Source: an uncultured Gammaproteobacteria bacterium (GTDB taxonomy: Bacteria > Patescibacteriota > Patescibacteriia > UBA1558 > GWA2-36-10). Taken from it: a stretch of DNA of 61,208 nt. The position numbers and the translations under genes are program-made. Shown here piece by piece: positions 45,196 through 54,575 of the stretch. Where the stretch lies: the NCBI GenBank assembly GCA_964633905.1, contig CAZWIT010000002.1:1-61208 (forward strand), written 5' to 3'. Positions within the stretch are counted from its first letter, which is position 1, and each line of letters starts with the position of its first letter. Under the pieces are notes generated by a model that had not been told where the DNA came from, ran no database searches, and saw only the letters and a list, made by a program, of their open reading frames with translations.

Positions 45196-46965
45196 ATGGG
45201 CAAAAATTTAGATGGAGTAAAAGTAAATACTAGTCGCAGAAGTAAAATTCAGGAAAAAGAAATTAAGCGGCCAGTTCCTAGTGAATATAGATCGCTAGTT
45301 AAGCCAAAGCGGAACCGTGCTGGTTGTTTGTGGTTTTTATTTTTATTATTTATTGCGGCTGTTGGTGGTTTTTATTATTGGAATCAGCGTCCAGCAATCA
45401 AAATTAATGATAGTTTAGAGTTAATAGTAACAGGTCCTAGTGAGATTATTTCTGGCGATCAGGCTGTTTATAAAATTAAATACAAGAATTTGGATTTAGT
45501 GCCATTAAAGAAAATGGAATTAAGCGTTAAATGGCCGGCTGGTTTTTATTTTGATGAAAGTACTATTGAGCCTAGCGATATTAATGCCACTACTTGGGAT
45601 CTAAAAGATTTAAACCCAGGTCAAGAAATGGAATTTGAAATCAAGGGACAATTAGTTGGTAATAAGGATGAGGAACTGCTAGCTAATTTTATTATGTATT
45701 ATCAGCCTGATAATTTTTCTTCTGATTTTAATTTAGGGCAAGAGCTTAGTACTAAAATTAAGGATAGCAAATTATCTTTAAGCCTTGAGGGGCCAGATAA
45801 GACTTTGATTAATACGGAACAAGAATTTCAGGTTAAATATAAAAATTTAACTAATGAAATAATCACCGGCTTATCTTTAGATATTTTATATCCAGCTGAT
45901 TTGGAAATAAAAGAAGTCAGTCAAAATAAAGAAGGTGATTATTGGCCAGTGGAACTACAGCCCAACGAAGAGAAAGTAGTGACAATTAAAGGTAGCTTTA
46001 GTTCTGATGCTAAGCCTGAGCAAAAATTTGTAGCGGAATTAGGTAGTAAAGTCAATGATAAATTTCGTCGTTTAAGTAGGTCAGAAAAAAATATTGCCAT
46101 TATTAATCCACAATTTACCGTTAATTTAAAAATAAATAATCGTCCAGATAATCAGACTGTTAATTGGGGGGATACTTTACGCTATGAGCTGGAGGTAGTT
46201 AATAATAGTGATACGGATATTAATGATGTGGTAATTTCTGCTCTGCTTGATGGTTTGGTTTTAGATTGGTCAAGTCTAGATACTATTGCCCAACATGATG
46301 GTTCTAAATTAGTTTGGGATAAACAAGTAGATAAAGAGTTGTCTACTTGGAGCAAGGGGCAGACTAAAAATTTTACTTGGCTGGTAAAGGTGGTTGCTAA
46401 TCCGCAAGCTGATCGTATGTTAGATAATATTATTAAAATAAATATTGAGGGCTTGCCTGCCTGGGAGCAAGTTGGCGAACCAGTGACTTTAACAGTGGGC
46501 GAGAGCATTACTTTTAATAATGGTATTTATTGGGATTTAGCAGGTCGGCGCGTGGGCAGCGGCTTGGTGCCACCACAAGTAGGTGTAGAAACTCGTTATC
46601 TAGTAGTTTGGTCTTTAAGTGAACAGACTGGTGATTTTGACACAGTTAAAGTAGAAAGTACTTTGCCACCCAATGTTTCTTTTGTAGAAGTAACTGATGT
46701 ACAGGAGGGCGAGCTGAGCTTTGATTCTGATACTAGAAATCTAGTTTGGGATTTGCCTAAATTTGATAAAGTAATTTTGCCGACGGCTGTTTCTTTTTTG
46801 ATTGAGATTAAGCCAAGCGCAGAAGACCAGGGTCAGGCTATGTCATTACTAAATTCTACTATTGTTACAGCTTCTGGCTTGGAAGAAGTAAAAATTAGAT
46901 CAAAATTATTAAAAACTTCTGATGTAGTTTCAAATAGCTCAGAGCCAATTGGTATTGTTAGATAA
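45196..46965 (+). CDS. Single-TM exported protein with Ig-like (DUF11-like) repeats
   Basis: TM then repeated GDxxxYxIxYxN..LPxxxxF beta-sandwich patterns. Confidence 0.7.
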   Translation: MGKNLDGVKVNTSRRSKIQEKEIKRPVPSEYRSLVKPKRNRAGCLWFLFLLFIAAVGGFYYWNQRPAIKINDSLELIVTGPSEIISGDQAVYKIKYKNLDLVPLKKMELSVKWPAGFYFDESTIEPSDINATTWDLKDLNPGQEMEFEIKGQLVGNKDEELLANFIMYYQPDNFSSDFNLGQELSTKIKDSKLSLSLEGPDKTLINTEQEFQVKYKNLTNEIITGLSLDILYPADLEIKEVSQNKEGDYWPVELQPNEEKVVTIKGSFSSDAKPEQKFVAELGSKVNDKFRRLSRSEKNIAIINPQFTVNLKINNRPDNQTVNWGDTLRYELEVVNNSDTDINDVVISALLDGLVLDWSSLDTIAQHDGSKLVWDKQVDKELSTWSKGQTKNFTWLVKVVANPQADRMLDNIIKINIEGLPAWEQVGEPVTLTVGESITFNNGIYWDLAGRRVGSGLVPPQVGVETRYLVVWSLSEQTGDFDTVKVESTLPPNVSFVEVTDVQEGELSFDSDTRNLVWDLPKFDKVILPTAVSFLIEIKPSAEDQGQAMSLLNSTIVTASGLEEVKIRSKLLKTSDVVSNSSEPIGIVR

Positions 46966-46967
46966 TT

Positions 46968-48071
46968 ATGTTTAAGTTAATTAAAAGTTCAAATAAATCT
47001 CAAGCAAGAATCGGGGTGCTTACTACGGCTCACGGCAGTATCAACACTCCTTTTTTTATGCCCATTGCCACCAAAGCAGCAATTAAAAGTTTGACTGTAA
47101 ATGAAGTAAAAGATTTGGGTGCGGAAATTATTTTATCTAATACTTATCATAATTATTTACGGCCCGGTCTAAAAATTTTTAAAAAATTTGGGGGTTTACA
47201 TGAATTTATGGACTGTTCTTTGCCGATTTTGACTGACTCGGGCGGTTATCAAGTTTTTAGCTTGTCCAAAATGAGAGAGATTAAAGGTGAGAATATTACT
47301 TTTACTTCTTATCTTGATGGCTCAAAGCATATTTTAAATCCCAAAAAAGTAATTGATATCCAAGTTGCTTTAGGTAGCGATATTATGATGGTCTTAGACG
47401 AGTGCGTTGGTTTACCTAGTACTAAAGAAAAAATAATGCAAGCTCTAGAGCGTACCAGTGATTGGGCGCTTAAGGCTTATTACTATAAAAAAAGTTTAGA
47501 GAAAAAAAATAAAAAAGTAAAAAAACAATTATTATTTGGTATTGTCCAAGGTGGCGACGATAAGATTTTACGGGAACGTTCAGCTCAAGAACTGACCCAG
47601 ATAGCTTTCGATGGTTTTGCAGTAGGCGGACTGGCAGTTGGCGAAAGTAATGAAACAATGTATCAAGTTTTAGATTATACTGTACCATTATTGCCTGTTA
47701 ATAAACCCCGGTATTTAATGGGGGTTGGTTATCCAGAAAATATTTTAGAAGCAGTTAAAAAAGGCATTGATATGTTTGATTGCGTTATTCCGACTCGTGA
47801 AGCGCGGCATGGCAGATTGTATTTATGGAAGCAGAAAGATTTAAGCAAAAAAAATTTTTACGAAACTATCAATATCACTAATGCTAAATTTACTAATGAT
47901 TTGACGCCGATTAATCATACTAATTTAAAACAATATTCTCGGGGCTATTTGCATCACTTATTTAAATCTCAAGAACCATTAGCTCTGCGTCTGGCAACTC
48001 TAAATAATTTGGCTTTTTATCTAGATTTGATGAAGGAGATTAGAATTGGCATTAATAGTAAAAAAATATAA
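46968..48071 (+). CDS. tgt: Queuine tRNA-ribosyltransferase
   Basis: NTYH, TDSGGYQVFS, FGIVQGG, RYLMGVG, DMFDCVIPTR. Confidence 0.96.
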   Translation: MFKLIKSSNKSQARIGVLTTAHGSINTPFFMPIATKAAIKSLTVNEVKDLGAEIILSNTYHNYLRPGLKIFKKFGGLHEFMDCSLPILTDSGGYQVFSLSKMREIKGENITFTSYLDGSKHILNPKKVIDIQVALGSDIMMVLDECVGLPSTKEKIMQALERTSDWALKAYYYKKSLEKKNKKVKKQLLFGIVQGGDDKILRERSAQELTQIAFDGFAVGGLAVGESNETMYQVLDYTVPLLPVNKPRYLMGVGYPENILEAVKKGIDMFDCVIPTREARHGRLYLWKQKDLSKKNFYETINITNAKFTNDLTPINHTNLKQYSRGYLHHLFKSQEPLALRLATLNNLAFYLDLMKEIRIGINSKKI

Positions 48072-48136
48072 CACTATTTGCTAATTTACCAAAAAGAGCA
48101 AAATATGTTATTATATAGGTAATTAGTAAAAATACT

Positions 48137-48973
48137 ATGCTTACTAAAAAAATAAATAAATGTCCTCGTTGTACTATGCGTAAAAAATGTGTTTGGCATA
48201 AAAATGTATTAGGCTTCAATTTAATTGAGCTAATTATAGTTGTGGCTGTGGCTGCTATTTTGATGGCCGCTATCTTCTTAAATGAAGATCCTTTGGCAAG
48301 AGTTGGTAAGGCAAAAGATGCGGAAAGATTACAAGAGGTGCAGAGCATTGCAAAGGCTATAGAGATTTATGGACTTGATAATGGTAGTATTCCTTCTGAT
48401 CTTAATAGCACTAATATTAGCCAGGGTGAAATTTTAGTATTATGTAGTGCGGCTGGTACAGCCGAATGTGCTGGTCATTCGAGAGAGTGTTTAGTAGTGA
48501 GTGATGCTAATTTTTTGAAATATTTAAATACTTTACCAGTTGACCCGGAAAAGACTTCGACAACTAATACTGGTTATTATATTACCAGAACAGCTAGTAA
48601 TGCCGTTAAGGTTGGCGCTTGTAATTCTTATGATGCTGATTTGGAAATTTCGGTAGTAGCTAAAGCTACTTTACCAGCCGAAACATCCACTTGCGGTAAC
48701 GGTGTTGTAGAAGGTGCAGAGGTTTGCGATGATGGTAATAATATTAAAGAACAGTGTAGCGACGGAGTAGTGCAAGTCGGTGCTTATTGTAGGCATGATT
48801 GTTTAGCTATTATAAACCTTAATGAAGTTTGTGATTATTATCAATGGACTCACGATTGTGATTATAATGGTGGTGAATACACTATTTCAGATGTTGGTGT
48901 TGGCGATTTTTGTAAGGATGATTGTTCAGAAACTACCGTAAGTTGCAATATACCACAGGTACCAGAGCCTTAA
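48137..48973 (+). CDS. Type IV pilin-like protein with C-terminal Cys-rich repeat
   Basis: G|FNLIELIIVV class III signal; LPVDP; CGNGVVEGAEVCDDGN. Confidence 0.85.
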   Translation: MLTKKINKCPRCTMRKKCVWHKNVLGFNLIELIIVVAVAAILMAAIFLNEDPLARVGKAKDAERLQEVQSIAKAIEIYGLDNGSIPSDLNSTNISQGEILVLCSAAGTAECAGHSRECLVVSDANFLKYLNTLPVDPEKTSTTNTGYYITRTASNAVKVGACNSYDADLEISVVAKATLPAETSTCGNGVVEGAEVCDDGNNIKEQCSDGVVQVGAYCRHDCLAIINLNEVCDYYQWTHDCDYNGGEYTISDVGVGDFCKDDCSETTVSCNIPQVPEP

Positions 48974-49004
48974 ATATTTAATTTTATTATCTTAGATATT
49001 TTGT

Positions 49005-49934
49005 ATGTTTAAGCCTAGATTAGCCTTTAGCTTACTAGAGGTTATTATTGTGGTAGCTATCGTAGTAGCAATGGCTAGCTATTTTTATGTTTCTGCTAAG
49101 CCAGCTAAGCGTCTAGGTGAAGCTGCTGATCTGCAGCGCAAATATGATGTTGAATCTATTGAAAAGGCAATTAAATTAGTGGCTACTGATAGCGGTAGTT
49201 TGGCAGCTGCCTTAAGTGACTTAAATGATGCTACTCCTTATATGCTTGTAAAAGCTGGAGGTGATACGGTAGGTACTTATACTTGTACGGCAACGGGCAC
49301 TAGTATAGCAAAAGCTGATATTTCTACGGCCATTTCTTCAGTTATGCCTAATTTACCAGTTGATCCTGATTTAATAGAGTCAAGTAACGACACTGGTTAT
49401 TATTTAGTTAAAAATGGCAATAGTTATAATATTGAAGCTTGTGATAGTTATGAGTTAGCCGCTACTATTGGCAATAAACAACAATGTGGTGATGGCTATT
49501 GTGGCAATACGGAGTCTTGTAGTACTTGTACAATAGATTGTGGCGATTGCGCTGTGCCCGTCTGTGGTAATGGTATAGCCGAAGCTGGCGAGCAGTGTGA
49601 TGATGGCAATTTAGTTAATACGGATGATTGTCTTAATACTTGTTTGACTCCGACTTGTGGTGATAGCTATGTTTGGGCTGGCAATGAGACCTGTGACGAT
49701 GGTAATGCTGTTACGGAAACTCAAACCTGTGGTAATGCTATAAAAGAAAATGGTAGTTATTGCAATGCTTCTTGTTCTGGCAGCATAACTTTAACTGAAG
49801 CCTGTGATTATGTCGGTGATAGTCATTGTGGTAGCGGGATTCCTAGTAATCCTTATGAGAACGCTGTTGGTTGTGCCTCAGCTAATTACTGCAATGTAGG
49901 CTGTGGTTCATGTGTTAAGACTTGTCCGCTGTAA
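49005..49934 (+). CDS. Type IV pilin-like protein with Myxococcus-type Cys-rich (DUF4215-like) repeats
   Basis: A|FSLLEVIIVV; LPVDP; CGNGIAEAGEQCDDGN, CGDSYVWAGNETCDDGN. Confidence 0.85.
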   Translation: MFKPRLAFSLLEVIIVVAIVVAMASYFYVSAKPAKRLGEAADLQRKYDVESIEKAIKLVATDSGSLAAALSDLNDATPYMLVKAGGDTVGTYTCTATGTSIAKADISTAISSVMPNLPVDPDLIESSNDTGYYLVKNGNSYNIEACDSYELAATIGNKQQCGDGYCGNTESCSTCTIDCGDCAVPVCGNGIAEAGEQCDDGNLVNTDDCLNTCLTPTCGDSYVWAGNETCDDGNAVTETQTCGNAIKENGSYCNASCSGSITLTEACDYVGDSHCGSGIPSNPYENAVGCASANYCNVGCGSCVKTCPL

Positions 49935-50016
49935 AACTTTATATAAAATTTAATATTTAAAAAGTTAATATTAGCTTAACTTTTTTTATTTTACTAAAAA
50001 TGTTATAATTTAAGTA

Positions 50017-50397
50017 ATGTCAAACAATATTTTGATCAAAGCTTTTAAGGCATTATTTCTAGATTTAGTAGCGGAGATTTTGTATTTCCCTTTGTGGTGG
50101 TATAGTGTAGGTCTTAAAAGTATCTTGCTTAATTTTTTTGCTAACTTGAGAGAAGCTCAAAGAAACTTGGGCTTAGGCTTATTATTTAGAAACATGTTTC
50201 AGCCTATGTTTGGTCAATCTGATCGGGCGGGTAGGATTATTAGTTTTTTTATGCGTTTGCTGATTGTGGCTTATAAATCTATTTTGTTTTTGGCACAATT
50301 TATTTTATATTTTACGATTGTAATATTTTGGGCGGCTTTGCCAGCTTTAGTAGTAGTTGGCTTACTTTATAATGCAGTTGGTATATGGCAGAAATAA
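50017..50397 (+). CDS. Membrane protein overlapping the Clp ATPase start
   Basis: YFPLWWY..; QPMFGQ.D..GRIISFFMR; hydrophobic C-terminus. Confidence 0.75.
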   Translation: MSNNILIKAFKALFLDLVAEILYFPLWWYSVGLKSILLNFFANLREAQRNLGLGLLFRNMFQPMFGQSDRAGRIISFFMRLLIVAYKSILFLAQFILYFTIVIFWAALPALVVVGLLYNAVGIWQK

Positions 50398-53072
50398 GAT
50401 TACAAGCATGTGAAAATTGTCAGGGCTTGGGTCAAGTAAATAATAAATCTTGCCCAGCTTGTTTTGGCTACAGACGTTTTTATTTTACTAATAATAATTT
50501 TTATTATTGGGACCACCCGATTGATTATTTACATATTTTTGTACGCGAGCTTAAAGAAACTGTTAATTTAATAATAAATATTTTTTTAATTGGCGCTAGC
50601 GTTTTTACTATGATTTTATTGTACTTGATTCTAAACCAAGTACAGTTTGATCCAATGCGTTTAGTTGATTTTTTTTCAAAGCCGCAAGTTGATAGTTTTT
50701 GGTTGTTTATTTTAGTGGCTTTAGATATGTATCTATATTATCGTTTGAAATATCCACTCTTAAGAGAAGAAGCTAGACAGAAAAAATTAAAAAGTAGTGA
50801 TGTTTTTATAAAACATAATTTAGCCAGCAGTTTAAATAAAGAAACCATTTTAGTTTTGGACAAAGCTTGGCTGTATGCTCAGTATAAAAAAGTTTTTCCA
50901 GTTGGCGTTTGGCAAGTCTTATATGAATTACTTAACGATAAAGACATTAAATTAGTTTTGGCGCGGCTTGGTCTAGGGTCTGAAAATTTGCAGCAAGTGA
51001 TTAATGATAATATTACTAAGCTTGTTAAAATTGATGGTGATAATGAAGTTTTACACGCAGATTTAAAAGATGCCTTACTTAATGCTTATTTACACATGTT
51101 GAGTCGGCGTGATCAGAGGATTATTGAAGTAGATTTATTATATGGCCTAGTTGTTTCTAGTTCAGAAATTCGTAACTTTTTTTATGATTTTAATGTTGAT
51201 GAAGATAAGATTGATAATGTTATTGCCTGGCTTACTATCAATAAGGAATTGTATAAAAATTATCAACTTTTTCGAAGCCGTGCTCGTTATAAGCCAAAGG
51301 GTAATGTTAATCGGGCTTGGACCGCTATTGCTACGCCAATTTTAGATGCTTTTTCTGAAGATTTGACCATGCAATCTCGAGCTGGTCGTTTGGGTATTTG
51401 TGTGGCTAGAGATAAAGAAATTGGTGCTATTTTGGAAACAGCCGAGAGCGGTATTTCTAGTGTTATTTTGGTAGGTCCACCAGGAGTTGGTAAGACCAAT
51501 ATTATTGAAGGCCTGGCTAATTTAATGACAGCTGAAGAAGTGCCAAGCTTATTTCAAGATAAAAGATTGGTATCTATTTCAGTGCCATCCTTAGTTTCTG
51601 GTGCATCTGGCGCTGGTCAAATGGAAGAAAGGCTACTTGCTATTTTGCAGGAAGTGGCTATTTCGGGGAATATTATTTTATTTATTGATAATATTCATAA
51701 TTTAATAGGCGTATCTTCGCAGAGCAATAAAGGTATTGATTTGTCAGAAGTTTTGGCTAGCGAAATTAGGCAAAATAAGATCATAGTGCTGGCTACTACC
51801 ACCCAAAAACATTATGTTGAAACAATTGAAAATACCGAGCTAGGCAATTCTTTTAAAAAGATTATAGTAGGCGAGCCAGATAAAAATCAGACAATCAAAA
51901 TAATGGAGGCGCACGTTGGTCAAGTAGAAAATAAAAATAATGTTTATTTTACTTATGAGGCTTTAGAAAAGATTTATGAATTGTCTAATCGCTATATGCC
52001 TGATAGTGCCTTACCACAAAAAGCAATTGAGCTTTTAGACGAGGTTGGTATTATGATAGCGCAAACGCGTCGTCCTAATAAATTAATTAGCGCTGAAGAT
52101 GTAGCTAAGCTTGTGAGTAAAAAAACAAACATACCATTAACTCAAGTTACTACTCAAGAGTCAGCTAAATTATTAAATATCGAAGCAGAAATTCATCAGC
52201 GCATCATTGGTCAGGACGAAGCGGTTAAGTATGTGTCTTCAGCCTTACGTCGGGCTCGGGCAGAACTTAGGGATAAGAAAAGACCAATTGTTAACTTATT
52301 ATTTTTGGGGCCAACTGGTGTCGGTAAAACAGAACTAGCAAAAACCGTAGCTCAAGTTTATTTTGGTGACGAAAAAAATATGATCCGTCTTGATATGTCA
52401 GAATATCAGACGCAGAGTTCTTTGCCTCGTTTGATTGGCGCTTTAGAAAATGGTGTGCCAGGGCTGCTTACAGAAATGGTGCGCCACAAGCCTTTTGCTT
52501 TGTTGCTTTTAGATGAAATTGAAAAAGCTCACAAGGATATTTTAAATATATTTTTGCAAGTTATGGACGATGGTCGCTTAACTGATGCTTTGGGTCGCAC
52601 GGTTGATTTTACTAATTTAATTGTGGTTGCCACTTCAAACGCTGGCACTTCTTATATTCAAGATCGTATTAATGAAGGCAAAACTGTTGATAGTTTTAAA
52701 GATGATTTAATTAAAAATGAAATTCGGCCGATTTTTAGCCCAGAATTTATCAATCGTTTTGATGGTGTCATTGTTTTTAAACCTTTAAACACTGAAGAAA
52801 TATTTAAGATTACTGGTTTAATGATCAAACAAGTTAAACAGCGTTTAGAATCTAAAGGTATTTTCTTTGAGATTACTGAAGAAGCCCAAAGAGAATTAGC
52901 TACAATTGGTTTTGATCCAGTTTTTGGTGCTCGGCCTTTACGCCGTGTAATTCAGGAAAGGGTAGATGATGCTTTGGCTAACTTTTTATTGACTGGTAAA
53001 GTTGGTCGGCGCGATATTATTATGTATGATGTAGGTGGCAAGATTACTGTTAAAAAAGTACAAGGCTATTAA
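50385..53072 (+). CDS. Membrane-anchored ClpA/B-family AAA+ ATPase (degenerate D1)
   Basis: CENCQGLG..CPACFG, two TM segments, GPPGVGKT, GPTGVGKT, LLLDEIEKAH, GARPLRR. Confidence 0.9.
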   Translation: MAEIRLQACENCQGLGQVNNKSCPACFGYRRFYFTNNNFYYWDHPIDYLHIFVRELKETVNLIINIFLIGASVFTMILLYLILNQVQFDPMRLVDFFSKPQVDSFWLFILVALDMYLYYRLKYPLLREEARQKKLKSSDVFIKHNLASSLNKETILVLDKAWLYAQYKKVFPVGVWQVLYELLNDKDIKLVLARLGLGSENLQQVINDNITKLVKIDGDNEVLHADLKDALLNAYLHMLSRRDQRIIEVDLLYGLVVSSSEIRNFFYDFNVDEDKIDNVIAWLTINKELYKNYQLFRSRARYKPKGNVNRAWTAIATPILDAFSEDLTMQSRAGRLGICVARDKEIGAILETAESGISSVILVGPPGVGKTNIIEGLANLMTAEEVPSLFQDKRLVSISVPSLVSGASGAGQMEERLLAILQEVAISGNIILFIDNIHNLIGVSSQSNKGIDLSEVLASEIRQNKIIVLATTTQKHYVETIENTELGNSFKKIIVGEPDKNQTIKIMEAHVGQVENKNNVYFTYEALEKIYELSNRYMPDSALPQKAIELLDEVGIMIAQTRRPNKLISAEDVAKLVSKKTNIPLTQVTTQESAKLLNIEAEIHQRIIGQDEAVKYVSSALRRARAELRDKKRPIVNLLFLGPTGVGKTELAKTVAQVYFGDEKNMIRLDMSEYQTQSSLPRLIGALENGVPGLLTEMVRHKPFALLLLDEIEKAHKDILNIFLQVMDDGRLTDALGRTVDFTNLIVVATSNAGTSYIQDRINEGKTVDSFKDDLIKNEIRPIFSPEFINRFDGVIVFKPLNTEEIFKITGLMIKQVKQRLESKGIFFEITEEAQRELATIGFDPVFGARPLRRVIQERVDDALANFLLTGKVGRRDIIMYDVGGKITVKKVQGY

Positions 53073-53098
53073 AGTAATAAATATTTTTAAAACATAAG

Positions 53099-53132
53099 AC
53101 CGTCATTTAGTCAATTCTTGATAAATGGCGGT
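53099..53132. terminator. Hairpin after the Clp gene
   Basis: accgtcattta / taaatggcggt. Confidence 0.55.
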
Positions 53133-53178
53133 TAATTAGTTATAATTTCGTTATTAGTTAATCAGTTTTAAAGCTATT

Positions 53179-54561
53179 ATGGCAGCAGAAAATAAATTTG
53201 ATAAAATCGTAAATTTAGCTAAACAACGAGGATTTATCTATCCTTCTTCCGAAATTTATGGTGGTTTAAGCGCCGCTTATGACTACGGTCCTTTAGGTGT
53301 GGAGCTAAAAAATAACATCAAACAAGCTTGGTGGCAGATGTTTGTGACTAATCGATCAGACATGGTCGGTCTTGATGCTGCTATTATTATGAATCCTAAG
53401 GTTTGGGAGGCCTCTGGTCATTTAGAAAATTTTTCTGATCCTTTGGTAGACTGTAAAAATTGTCATCATCGTTTTCGTCAAGACCATTTATTAGAAGATA
53501 AAGGTTCACAGCCAGCTTATGATAAATCAAAGCCGCGTGCTCCTAAGGATTTAAAATGTCCTGATTGTGGTGGTGAGCTTACTGCCTCTCGACAATTTAA
53601 CTTAATGCTAAAAACTTTTTTAGGGCCAGTGGAAGATAGCGCTAATATTGCTTATTTACGTCCCGAGACGGCTGGCGGCATTTTTGTGAATTTTAAGAAT
53701 GTTTTAGAAAGCATGCGTCTTAAATTACCTTTTGGCATTGCTCAAGTTGGTAAATCTTTTCGTAATGAAATCACTACTGAAAATTTTATTTTTAGGACTC
53801 GTGAGTTTGATCAATTAGAAATAGAATATTTTATCAAAGCGGAAAATTGGGAACAACATTTTAGTGAGTGGCAAAAAGTAATGAAGAATTGGTGTCTATT
53901 TTTAGGTTTGTCCCAAGATGACTTAGTGGAGCATGAAATCTCTGCTAAAGATCGGGCTTTTTATTCTAAACGTACTATTGATTTTGAATATAAATTTCCT
54001 TTTGGACAAAAAGAACTATATGGCTTAGCCTATCGCACTGATTATGATTTAAAACAGCATCAGCAATTTTCAGGAGCAGATTTGTCTTATACTGACCCAA
54101 TCACTAAGGGAAAATTTATTCCCCACGTCATTGAACCTTCTTTGGGCTTAGATCGAACAGTGCTGGCAGTTTTATGCGCGGCTTATGATGAAGTGCAAGG
54201 TGGTCGTAGTACTACTACTGAATCAATTAAAGAGGCAGAAGTAGTTTTGCGTTTGCCTTATAGGTTGGCACCAGTAAAAGTCGCGGTTTTGCCATTATCC
54301 AAAAAAGAAAATTTATCAGAATTATCACGCAGTATTTTGTTGGATCTCAAGAAAAAATGGAACAGTGTTTATGATGAGACTGGCAGCATTGGTAAACGTT
54401 ATCGTCGGCAAGATGAAATTGGTACACCTTATTGCGTAACAGTTGATTTTGAAAGTTTAGAGGATAAAAAGGTTACTGTTCGTGATCGCGATACTATGCA
54501 ACAAGAAAGGATAGCTATTGTTGAACTGGCAGCTTATTTAGAAAATAAATTTAATTTTTAG
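53179..54561 (+). CDS. glyQS: Glycine-tRNA ligase (alpha2 type)
   Basis: YDYGPLG, YLRPETA, FRNEIT, FRTREF, SIGKRYRRQDEIGTP. Confidence 0.96.
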   Translation: MAAENKFDKIVNLAKQRGFIYPSSEIYGGLSAAYDYGPLGVELKNNIKQAWWQMFVTNRSDMVGLDAAIIMNPKVWEASGHLENFSDPLVDCKNCHHRFRQDHLLEDKGSQPAYDKSKPRAPKDLKCPDCGGELTASRQFNLMLKTFLGPVEDSANIAYLRPETAGGIFVNFKNVLESMRLKLPFGIAQVGKSFRNEITTENFIFRTREFDQLEIEYFIKAENWEQHFSEWQKVMKNWCLFLGLSQDDLVEHEISAKDRAFYSKRTIDFEYKFPFGQKELYGLAYRTDYDLKQHQQFSGADLSYTDPITKGKFIPHVIEPSLGLDRTVLAVLCAAYDEVQGGRSTTTESIKEAEVVLRLPYRLAPVKVAVLPLSKKENLSELSRSILLDLKKKWNSVYDETGSIGKRYRRQDEIGTPYCVTVDFESLEDKKVTVRDRDTMQQERIAIVELAAYLENKFNF

Positions 54562-54575
54562 TTATTTTATAATAT

